From the NCBI GenBank assembly GCA_963848295.1, contig CAWKDB010000002.1:320001-384000 (forward strand): 64,000 nt of DNA. Direction: 5' to 3'. A program made the position numbers and the translations under genes. Below are positions 55,624-64,000 of the stretch, piece by piece; within the stretch, counting starts at the first letter, position 1, and every line of letters starts with the position of its first letter. This DNA comes from an uncultured delta proteobacterium. Its GTDB lineage: Bacteria > Myxococcota_A > Polyangia > Haliangiales > Haliangiaceae. The notes under the pieces were generated by a model. That model was not told the origin of the DNA, ran no database searches, and was given only the letters and a program-made list of their open reading frames with translations.

Positions 55624-56463
55624 ATGAACGTCTCTCCGATGCGAACCCTCGTCGTCGTCGCCGCCTTCGCTTCCGTCCCTGCTATCGCCGGTGCGACCCC
55701 TCCGCGGGTCGCGAGGAAGCCGTCGGCGTGCGGCGTGAAGATCCTGCCGCTGGTCGAGGGCAACTCGTGGACCTACGAGCCGACGCCAGCACCGCGAGCC
55801 GCGCCGCCGGACATCACGCGCATCTCGCCGCCGCGCGCCGATGCCCTGACGATCACCGTCAAGAAAGTCGAGACCAAGGGTCCGGACACGACCGTCACCC
55901 TCGAAGAGAAGACGACGTACAACCGGCCGAGCAAAGATCCGAAGAAGCCCGTGACCGACGAGCGCACGATCACCACGACGATCACGTGCAACGCAAAGAA
56001 GTTCGAGATCTCGCCCGACAGCTTCTTCTTCGCCGGCGAGCCCGGCGGTGCCGCCGGAGTGAAGCTCGATACGATCGAGCGTCCGAAAGATACGAGCTGG
56101 AAGCTGACGAACGGCGGCATCGGCGACGCCGATTGGCGCGAGGATGTGATCGCTCACTGGACGCGGATCGCCACCCCGGGCTCCGACGCTAACCTCGGCA
56201 GCGGCAAGCTCTGGCTCGAGCGCGTGTTCACGCCGCAGCCGAAAGAATCGGTCACGACGAAGACCGGCCAGTACACGGCCGAGAAGATCGGCATCTCGGT
56301 CACCGGCCGGGTCGCCCTCGACGGCGCGCCGCCGGACATCAAACCGATGGAGCTCCCCGCGGGCTGGCTCGATACCGTTTGGCTCGCCGACGGCGTGGGG
56401 GTCGTGCAGGTGCTCAACGCGTACGCGCAGCAGTACACGCTCGTCGCGTCTGCGGTGCAGTGA
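55624..56463 (+). CDS. Secreted hypothetical protein, beta-rich
   Basis: Signal peptide; LPL.EGNSWTY, ESVTT..G.Y.A and WLADGVGVV. Confidence 0.7.
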   Translation: MNVSPMRTLVVVAAFASVPAIAGATPPRVARKPSACGVKILPLVEGNSWTYEPTPAPRAAPPDITRISPPRADALTITVKKVETKGPDTTVTLEEKTTYNRPSKDPKKPVTDERTITTTITCNAKKFEISPDSFFFAGEPGGAAGVKLDTIERPKDTSWKLTNGGIGDADWREDVIAHWTRIATPGSDANLGSGKLWLERVFTPQPKESVTTKTGQYTAEKIGISVTGRVALDGAPPDIKPMELPAGWLDTVWLADGVGVVQVLNAYAQQYTLVASAVQ

Positions 56464-57617
56464 CCGCACGTTGGCGGCTGACCAAACCGCTGCGCGAACG
56501 AATCGCCGCCGGCCATCCGTGGATCTACGACCGCGCGATCGCAGGTCCAACCGCGCAGCCCGGTGACATCGTCGAGATCGTCGACGACAAGGGGCCGGTC
56601 GCGGTCGCGTTCGTCGATCCGACCTCGCCGATCCGCGCTCGCGTGCTCGCGACTGGCGAGCCGGACTCGGTGACCGCGACGTGGACGATCTCGCGCGCGC
56701 AGGCCGCGGCGGCTCGCCGTACCCGCGATCCGCTGCTCGCCGGCTGCACCGGGCTGCGGCTCGTCCACGGCGAAGCCGATGGCTGCCCCGGGCTCGTCGT
56801 CGACCTTTATGCCGACACCGCGGTGATCGTGTTCGACGGGGCCGCCGCCGCGGCGTTCTGGCGCCCGCGTCTATCCGACGTGCTGATCGGGCTCGAGCGC
56901 GGCGGCCAATCCGTCGCGCATGCCTGGCTGCGCGGTGAACGACGCGAGCGGGGCGCGGGCGAAGCCGTCCGCGGCGATCCGCCTGCTGCCATCGTGATCG
57001 CCGAGGACGACGCTCGGTTCGCGGTCGACGTCCGCGCCGGTCAGAAGACCGGGTTCTTCCTCGATCAGCGCGACAACCGACGGACGATCGGTCGTCACGC
57101 CGCGGGCGCGTCGGTGCTCAACGTGTTTTCGTATACTGGCGGGTTCTCGCTTCACGCGGCGATCGGGGGCGCGAGCAGCGTCACCTCCGTCGACCTTGCG
57201 GCTCCCGCGATCGCCCAGCTCGCGGCGAACCTCGAGCTATCTCAGCTACCCACCGCCGCCCACGAGCTCGTCGTCGAGGATGCGTTCGAGTTCCTGGTGC
57301 GCGCGCGCCGGCAAAGCAGGCAATGGGATCTCGCGATCGTCGATCCCCCGAGCTTCGCTCCGAACGAACGCTCGAAGCCCGCTGCGCTGCGAGCGTATGA
57401 ACGACTCGCCGACGCCGCGCTCGCCGTGATCGCGCCCGGCGGCCGATTCGCGCTGGCATCGTGCTCGAGCCATGTCTCCGAGGCCGACCTGATCGGGCGG
57501 TTGGAGCGCCCCGACCTCCGGCTGCGCCAAGTCGCGAGCGCGGCCTCCGATCACCCGGTGCTTCCGGCCTTTCCGGAGGGGCGGTACCTCAAATTCTTGT
57601 TGTTCGACGTGGGCTGA
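56460..57617 (+). CDS. rlmI: RlmI-like SAM-dependent rRNA m5C methyltransferase
   Basis: GHPWIY, GQKTGFFLDQRDNR, VLNVFSYTGGFS, DPPSF, SCS and DHP. Confidence 0.85.
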   Translation: MTARWRLTKPLRERIAAGHPWIYDRAIAGPTAQPGDIVEIVDDKGPVAVAFVDPTSPIRARVLATGEPDSVTATWTISRAQAAAARRTRDPLLAGCTGLRLVHGEADGCPGLVVDLYADTAVIVFDGAAAAAFWRPRLSDVLIGLERGGQSVAHAWLRGERRERGAGEAVRGDPPAAIVIAEDDARFAVDVRAGQKTGFFLDQRDNRRTIGRHAAGASVLNVFSYTGGFSLHAAIGGASSVTSVDLAAPAIAQLAANLELSQLPTAAHELVVEDAFEFLVRARRQSRQWDLAIVDPPSFAPNERSKPAALRAYERLADAALAVIAPGGRFALASCSSHVSEADLIGRLERPDLRLRQVASAASDHPVLPAFPEGRYLKFLLFDVG

Positions 57618-57789
57618 CTCCTGAAGAACAAATTGGGCCGGGACTTACCAACCACCGGGCGTTCCCCTGACGTAATCGCCAGTTGCCTTCGTGGGGTGAA
57701 CCGGCCCCAGCGTGCAACCTGCAGGCAGCAATTCCCCGAGGGAAAATCAGCGCTTGACGCGCTGACCTACATCTCGCTACACAACCGCC

Positions 57790-59961
57790 ATGAGCGCGAC
57801 TCGTTGGCCGTTGATCCTGTTGTTGGCCGTGACGGCGTGCGCGAAGCATGCGAACAACGGCGAGCCCGATGGCCCGACGTTGCCGCAATGCTCGGATGGC
57901 ATCGACAACGACGGCGACGGCAAGATCGACTACCCCGACGACCCGGGCTGCCTCGCGCCACAACAAGACGACGAGACCGACGATTGCCCGGACGGACCGA
58001 ACTGCCCGCAGTGCGGGAACGGCAAGGACGACGACGGCAACGGGCTGATCGACTACCCGAGCGATCCGGGCTGCACCGCAGCATCTGACCCGATCGAGTT
58101 CACGTTCAACGCCGAGGCCTGCGGCTCGACGATGACCGTCAAGCAGTTTCCCACCACCGGCGTGGACATGGGCGGTACGGACTCCGGCGTACTCGATCCG
58201 GACACGAGCTCGTCGATGCTGAGCTCGACCTGCGAAGCGACGAGCGGCGTCGGCGCGGTCGCGTACGTCATCATGCTCGATAAGCCGATGGTCGTGACCG
58301 CCACGAGCATGGGGACCGCGAACATCGTGTCGATCCGCTCGGTCATGTGCACCGACGCCACGGCCGAGCTCGCGTGCAGCCCGGCCGTGAGCGGCACCTC
58401 GACCGCGACCGTCATCAAGGCGCTGCCCGCGGGCGTGTATTACGTCGTCGTGGAGCTCGGCGTCGTCGGCGGCACCGGCGGCTACGAGCTCACCGTGACG
58501 ACCGCACCCGGCGCCGGCACTGTGTGCACCGGCCCGACCGACTGCGGCCCCGGCCTGGTCTGTCACCCGAACCCGAACGGTGGCAGCGACATGGTGTGCG
58601 AGCCACCGGCGTGCAGCGACGGCATCGACAACGACGGTGACGGCAAGATCGATTACCCGTACGACCCGGGCTGCACGTCGCCCGCTGACGACGACGAGAC
58701 CGACGACTGCCCGAGCGGGCCGAACTGCCCGGCGTGCAGCAACGGAATCGACGACGACGACGACACGTTCACCGATTGGCCGTCGGACACGAGCTGCCAC
58801 TCCGCGTCCGACGCGAGCGAAACCTGCACCGACAGCGAAGGCGTCGTCGAGCTCACGACGATGGTCACGCAGGGCACGACGGCGACCGCGACCGATGACT
58901 TCCAACCGGCCTGCGCGGAAGAGACCGGCGGCGCCGACCTCACCTACCGGATCGACGTGCCCGCGCTCACCGCGCTCACGATCGACGTCCAGTCCGATGA
59001 CATCTATCCGGTTGTGGAGCTCTTGAACTCCACGTGCGGCGGCACCGCGATCGAGTGCGAAGAGGAAGCGGACATCGTGAGGGCCGCGGTCGCAGCCGGG
59101 ACCTACTACATCGTCGTGGACGACGACTACGGCGACGATACCGGCCCGTTCACGCTGAACGTGAGCGGAACGATCAAGAACGGCGCGAGCTGCGAGAGCC
59201 AGCTCGCACAGAGCGGCGCCCTCGCCTGCAGCTCGGGCTACGCGTGCAAGGGCACGGTCGGTTCGCGCGTCTGTGCGATCGCCGCGTGCGCCGACGGGAT
59301 CGACAACGATGGCGACGGCAAGACGGACTACCCGTTCGACCCAGGCTGCGATTCGCCGTCCGACGACGACGAGAGCGATACCTGCCCGGGAGCCGGGTGT
59401 CCGGTGTGCAGCAACGGCCTCGACGACGACGACGACACGCTGACCGACTTCCCGGCCGATTGGGGGTGCGACTCGGCCGCGGGCGCGAGCGAGGTGTTCT
59501 GCACCGGTGAGATGGACGTCAAGACGCTGATCGCGGCACACGCGACAGCGGGTACGACCGTCGGCTCGAGCGACGACTTGACCTACACCTGTGGGTTTGC
59601 CGATGACGGCGATGTGTCGTACGGGTTGTCGCTGCCGGTACCGGTGGCCTCGTTGCAGATCGACACGACTGGCTCGACGACCGACACCGTCCTGCAGGTG
59701 CAAGACGCGAACTGCGCGACCTCGCTGGCGTGCAACGACGACGAGGACGTGGACAACGGGATCTACTCGTCGAAGATCGTGATGACCGACGTCGCCGCCG
59801 GCAACTACGCGATCAACGTCGACGCCTACGACGCCGGTCCGTTCACGCTCAACGTCAAGGGCACGGTCGCGAACGGCACCGTGTGCACGTCGCCGCTGTT
59901 CACGGCAGGCGTGCTCGTCTGCCCGACCGGCAAGACCTGCACCGCTGGCAAGTGCCAGTAG
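57790..59961 (+). CDS. Cys/Asp-rich surface lipoprotein with Ca-binding-like repeats and PPC-like domains
   Basis: VTAC lipobox; six C.(D/N)G.D(N/D)D.D...D(Y/W/F)P.D..C repeats in three pairs, each pair followed by a beta domain ending AG.Y. Confidence 0.8.
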   Translation: MSATRWPLILLLAVTACAKHANNGEPDGPTLPQCSDGIDNDGDGKIDYPDDPGCLAPQQDDETDDCPDGPNCPQCGNGKDDDGNGLIDYPSDPGCTAASDPIEFTFNAEACGSTMTVKQFPTTGVDMGGTDSGVLDPDTSSSMLSSTCEATSGVGAVAYVIMLDKPMVVTATSMGTANIVSIRSVMCTDATAELACSPAVSGTSTATVIKALPAGVYYVVVELGVVGGTGGYELTVTTAPGAGTVCTGPTDCGPGLVCHPNPNGGSDMVCEPPACSDGIDNDGDGKIDYPYDPGCTSPADDDETDDCPSGPNCPACSNGIDDDDDTFTDWPSDTSCHSASDASETCTDSEGVVELTTMVTQGTTATATDDFQPACAEETGGADLTYRIDVPALTALTIDVQSDDIYPVVELLNSTCGGTAIECEEEADIVRAAVAAGTYYIVVDDDYGDDTGPFTLNVSGTIKNGASCESQLAQSGALACSSGYACKGTVGSRVCAIAACADGIDNDGDGKTDYPFDPGCDSPSDDDESDTCPGAGCPVCSNGLDDDDDTLTDFPADWGCDSAAGASEVFCTGEMDVKTLIAAHATAGTTVGSSDDLTYTCGFADDGDVSYGLSLPVPVASLQIDTTGSTTDTVLQVQDANCATSLACNDDEDVDNGIYSSKIVMTDVAAGNYAINVDAYDAGPFTLNVKGTVANGTVCTSPLFTAGVLVCPTGKTCTAGKCQ

Positions 59962-59964
59962 CGG

Positions 59965-60423
59965 CTATGCGGCGCTGACCCGGCCCCGGCGTCGACCTTC
60001 GCGTCGCAACGCCTGCGCGCGGGCGTTCATCTCGCGCTCTTCGGCGTCGGTGCGGTGGTCGTAGCCGATTAGGTGACACAGCCCATGCGACGCGAGATGG
60101 ACGAGCTCGGCGTACAGCCCTCGCTTCGCTTGCCGGCGCGCGGTGTCGACCGAGATCACGATGTCGCCGAGGAGATCCGGATCGGCGGCGACGGCCTCGC
60201 GCTGCGCGAACGCCAGGACATCGGTCGGCTGATTCTTGCCGCGAAATCCGCGGTTGAGCTCGTGGATCGCGCGATCGTCGGTCAAGCGGAGCGCGACCTC
60301 GTAACGCGCACGCCCGTCGTGGCGTGCCACGGCCGTCACCATCCGCGCGACCTCGCGCCGCAAGCGCTGTCGCAACGCCGCCGGCAACGCGAGCCCGCGG
60401 TCGACGCCGAGCGACAGGCTCAT
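59965..60423 (-). CDS. ybeY: rRNA maturation endoribonuclease YbeY
   Basis: LN..FRGK..PTDVLAF, LGDIVIS and HGLCHLIGYDH. Confidence 0.95.
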   Translation of the reverse strand: MSLSLGVDRGLALPAALRQRLRREVARMVTAVARHDGRARYEVALRLTDDRAIHELNRGFRGKNQPTDVLAFAQREAVAADPDLLGDIVISVDTARRQAKRGLYAELVHLASHGLCHLIGYDHRTDAEEREMNARAQALRREGRRRGRVSAA

Positions 60424-60430
60424 CACCGCC

Positions 60431-62466
60431 TCATCGGGCGCGCGGCTTCTTTTCCCAGACGCGCGCGCCGACGAACACATCGAACAACTCGACGTCGAGC
60501 TGGCCGCGCTTGACGTCGCCGCCCAAGATGTCGAGCGCCTTCTCGACCGGCATCGCCTTCTTGTACGGGCGATCGCTGGCGGTCAGCGCGTCGTAGATGT
60601 CGGAGATCGCCATCATCCGCGCCGGCACTGGAATCTGCTCGCCGCGCAGCTTGCGCGGATAGCCCGAGCCGTCGAGCTTTTCGTGGTGCGCTCCGGCGAT
60701 CTCGGGCACGTCGCGCAGCGTGCGGCTCCACGGAATCTTGCGCAGGAAGTTAAACGTGTGGACGACGTGGCTGTTGATCTCGAGTCGCTCGTCTTCGGTC
60801 AGCGAGCCGCGTCGGATCTGCAGCGAGCTGGCCTCGATCGGGCTGAGGAACGGCAGCATCGCGCCGTTGTCGTCGTTGTAGGACATCCCGGCGATCACCG
60901 CGATGCGCTCGAACCCGCCCTGTTCGAGCACGGTCGGCTCGTTCGACGCGAGGATGAACTTGATGATGTCGTCGAGCTCGGCGACCTTCGCGACCACGTC
61001 GCGATCGGCGGTCGCGAGCTGCTCGGCGATCTCGTCGCGCGACGCCTCCATCAGGTAGCGCACCCGGCGCTCGAGGCCCTCGATCTGATAGCCGCGCTTG
61101 ATCAGCTGGAACCGCTGCTGGATCAGCTCGCGCTCGTGCTCGTAGAGCTTCTTCGCTTTGACCAGCACGACTCGCGGACCCCGACCTTGCCGAAGTCGTG
61201 GAGCAGGGCCGCGTACTCGATCTGCGTGAGGTCGTCGCGCGAGAACCGGACGTCGCGATACGGCCCGGTGTCGGCGCGGTTGATCGCCGCGCGCGAGGCC
61301 GACGGTGAGCTCGCGACGCGCTCGGAGTGGCCCGAGGTCGTCGGGATCGCGAGACTCGATCGCGCTGACCGACGCCTTGACGAAACTATCGAACAGCGTC
61401 TTGACCTCTTCGTAGAGCAAGACGTTCTCGAGCGCGATCCCGGCTTGCGATGCCAGCGCCGAAACGTACGCGACCGACACGTCATCGAACGGCACGACGC
61501 CATCTTCGAAATCCGCCGGCTGATCGAGCGCGATATAGCCCTTCGCACGCTTGTTGATCAGCTGGATCACGCCGATCACCTCGGCGCGCGCCGAGATCAT
61601 CGGCACCGCGAGCACGCTGCGCGTCTGGTAACGGTACTTGTCGTCGAACGCGCGGTCGTGGATAAACCCACGTGGGTTGTTGCCGGTGCCGGGCTCGTCG
61701 AGGCTGTACAGATCTGGCACGTTGATCACGATCGCCGGACATCACGCACGAACCGACGATCGACGACGCCGACACCGGCATCGTGAACCCAGCCGGCTGG
61801 ACGTTGCGCGAGTCGTTCTGCGACACCGCGAACAGCAGCTTGCGCTTTCCGACATCCTCGTCGTGACCTTCGACGATATAGACCGAGCCCGCATCGGCCG
61901 ACGCTGACCTCGCAGGCACGCTTGAGAATGATCGCGAGCAGCGAACGGATGTCGCGCTCTTGCGAGAGCGCCCTGCCGATCGAGATCAACATATCGTTCT
62001 CGTGTCGCGACCGCTCGAGCTCGAGCTCGAGAGCCGCGGTGCTGATCCGCAAGCCGATCGCATCGGCGCGATTGCGCAAGGTGAGCAGCAACCGCGTCAT
62101 CGAGATCGGCGACGTCAGCGCGGTCAGATCGACATCGACCAGGTCGCCGTGGACATCGGGACGCTTACCCGCGCTCTGTTGTGGCGACGCACCGGCGTCG
62201 AGCTGCGCCTCTTCGAGCTCTCGATCGTGACCGACCACGATCAGGCCATAGTTGCCGGACCGAGCACGGATCAAGTGCGGCAGCATCGCGCCTCGATCGC
62301 GCCAAACCTCGGGCCAGACCAGGACCAGCATCACCGCCGTACGTGAACGTTGCGAGCTCGTCTCGAGCTCGATCCAACCTTCGCCCTGGCGGCGCACGCG
62401 GTAACCGACCATCCGGCGATCGCGCGCGACTGCGTTCACCAGATCATCGGGGGTGGCCACCACCAT
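60431..62466 (-). CDS. GAF + HD-GYP cyclic-dinucleotide phosphodiesterase, broken by about six frameshifts (probably sequence errors)
   Basis: Pieces in three frames: [49 protein letters not shown] and DIYDALT.SDRPYK. Confidence 0.8.
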
Positions 62467-62469
62467 GGC

Positions 62470-63505
62470 TTACGAGTCTAGCCCGCCCGCCGTCGGCGCG
62501 GGTGGCCTCGCGTCATGCTCTCGCTGTTCCGATCGGGCGCGATCGCGGCGGTCATAGGCGCGGATCAGCGCCGCGACCAGGGGGTGGCGCACCACATCGG
62601 CATCGCTGAACTCGATCGAGGCGATGCCGCGAATGCTCCGCGACCAACTCGAGCGCGTCACGCAGGCCGCTGCGTTGCCCTGGCGGCAAGTCGGTCTGGG
62701 TCTGGTCGCCCGTGATCACGAGCTTCGCGCCGTAGCCCATGCGCGTGAGGAACATCTTCATCTGCGCAGGCGTCGTGTTCTGCGCCTCGTCGAGCACGAT
62801 GAAGCTCTCGTTCAGTGTGCGACCGCGCAAAAATGCGAGCGGTGCCACCTCGATCGATGTCGTCCGCCATCATCCGCGGTCAGCTTCTCCGGATCGATCA
62901 TGTCGCCCAGCGCGTCGAACAGCGGCCGCAAGTACGGATCGACCTTCTCTTCAAGCGTGCCCGGGAGAAACCCGAGGCGCTCGCCCGCCTCGACCGCGGG
63001 TCGGGTCAAGATGATGCGGCGCACGTGCTTGTCGAGCAAAGCGCGCACGGCCATAGCCATCGCGAGGTAGGTCTTGCCGGTACCCGCCGGGCCGATCGCG
63101 AACACGATATCGTTGTCGCGGACATGGTCGACGTACTGCTTCTGCGCCGGCGCCCTTCGGCGCGATCGGGCGCCCTGCGCGCGGCGTCAGGATCGTTTCG
63201 CCGAAGACGGCTTGAATCGACGCGCCCGGCGCAGCACCGGAGATCATCTTGACCGCGCGCACGACGTCGTCGGAGCCAAGCGCGCGACCGCCGAGTGCAA
63301 GCGCGTAGAGCTGTTCGAGGGCGGTCTTCGCGGTCTCGACCGCCGCTTCATCGCCTTCGATCGTGAGCTCGTTGCCGCGCAGATGCAGCTCGACGCCAGC
63401 GCTCCGCTCGACCAGCTTGAGCCGCGAGTTGCCGGCTCCACACAAGGTCTGCAGCGCCTCGGGATCGTCGAACGTCAGCTTGTCTCGGCGGGGTGACTTC
63501 GGCAC
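62470..63505 (-). CDS. phoH: PhoH-like ATPase (YbeZ type), broken by about four frameshifts (probably sequence errors)
   Basis: [49 protein letters not shown] and DVVRHPLV, spread over different frames. Confidence 0.88.
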
Positions 63506-63548
63506 GGCGGTGTCGGCGTATAGCACGCGATGCGGTAGGTTGCGGGCC

Positions 63549-64000
63549 ATGACCGCTGCTGCCCCCGGCGCCTCGCTCTCGCGGCTCGTCGAGATCATGG
63601 ACCGCTTGCTCGCCCCCGACGGGTGCCCGTGGGATCGCGAGCAGACCCTCGACTCCTTGCGGCCATTCCTCGTCGAGGAAGCGTACGAAGTGCTCGACGC
63701 GATCGGCCGCAACGACGTCCCCGACCACTGCGAAGAGCTCGGTGACTTGCTGATGCAGGTCGTGTTTCAGGCGGCGATCCGCCAGCGCAACGGTGCTTTC
63801 GCGATCGACGATGTCGTCGCGGGCATCTCTGACAAGCTCGTGCACCGCCACCCGCACGTCTTCGGCGACACCAAGGGCGTCGACACCGCGGCGCAGGTGC
63901 TCGAGCAATGGGACGAAATCAAGGCGAAGGAGAAACCGAAGCGGGAACGCGTGCTCGACGGCGTGCCCTTTGGGCCGGCGCTCGCGCGAGCCCAGAAGCT
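63549..64000 (+). CDS. mazG: Nucleoside triphosphate pyrophosphohydrolase MazG, truncated by the window end
   Basis: Manual translation: GCPWDREQT...EEAYEVLDAI...EELGDLL.QVVF...KLVHRHPHVF...W..IKAKE. Confidence 0.93.
   Translation, partial: MTAAAPGASLSRLVEIMDRLLAPDGCPWDREQTLDSLRPFLVEEAYEVLDAIGRNDVPDHCEELGDLLMQVVFQAAIRQRNGAFAIDDVVAGISDKLVHRHPHVFGDTKGVDTAAQVLEQWDEIKAKEKPKRERVLDGVPFGPALARAQK

Noticed and set aside
60431..63505. Programmed frameshifting or true pseudogenes for HD-GYP and phoH
   Set aside because: There are too many shifts, no slippery sites are evident and the motifs are undegraded, so sequencing error is more parsimonious.

Overview
A high-GC, gene-dense bacterial chromosomal segment. 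Gene content suggests Myxococcota (an inference from many Cys-rich lipoproteins, an FHA-GAF-PP2C phosphatase, a Ser/Thr kinase and a MotA-ExbD-ExbD motor). Core genes are sucA/sucB, pdhA/B/C-lpdA, lipA, pdxJ, queD, cysE, rpmG-rpmB, PBP1A, an RlmI-like methyltransferase, ybeY, phoH and a partial mazG. The most notable region is a translationally coupled minus-strand operon (1-8571). It is headed by a ~1550-aa fusion of an AstD-like aldehyde dehydrogenase, a lysine-6-aminotransferase-like domain, a GNAT and a second, Lys-less aminotransferase domain, followed by a C45 Ntn-hydrolase, a class III aminotransferase and a CoA-transferase pair. This may be an undescribed acyl-protected amino acid pathway. 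Other signals: at least 16 genes have a TANNNT box 6-8 nt before the start codon (leaderless-like); four GTNNAC-hexamer arrays sit right behind stop codons, two forming an inverted pair around a small cargo ORF; there is a stand-alone HUH/Y1 (RAYT-like) transposase and a DHH protein with permuted motif order. Frameshifts near both window ends are probably sequence errors. I saw no tRNA, rRNA or CRISPR array. All family calls come from reading motifs by eye, not from database searches.
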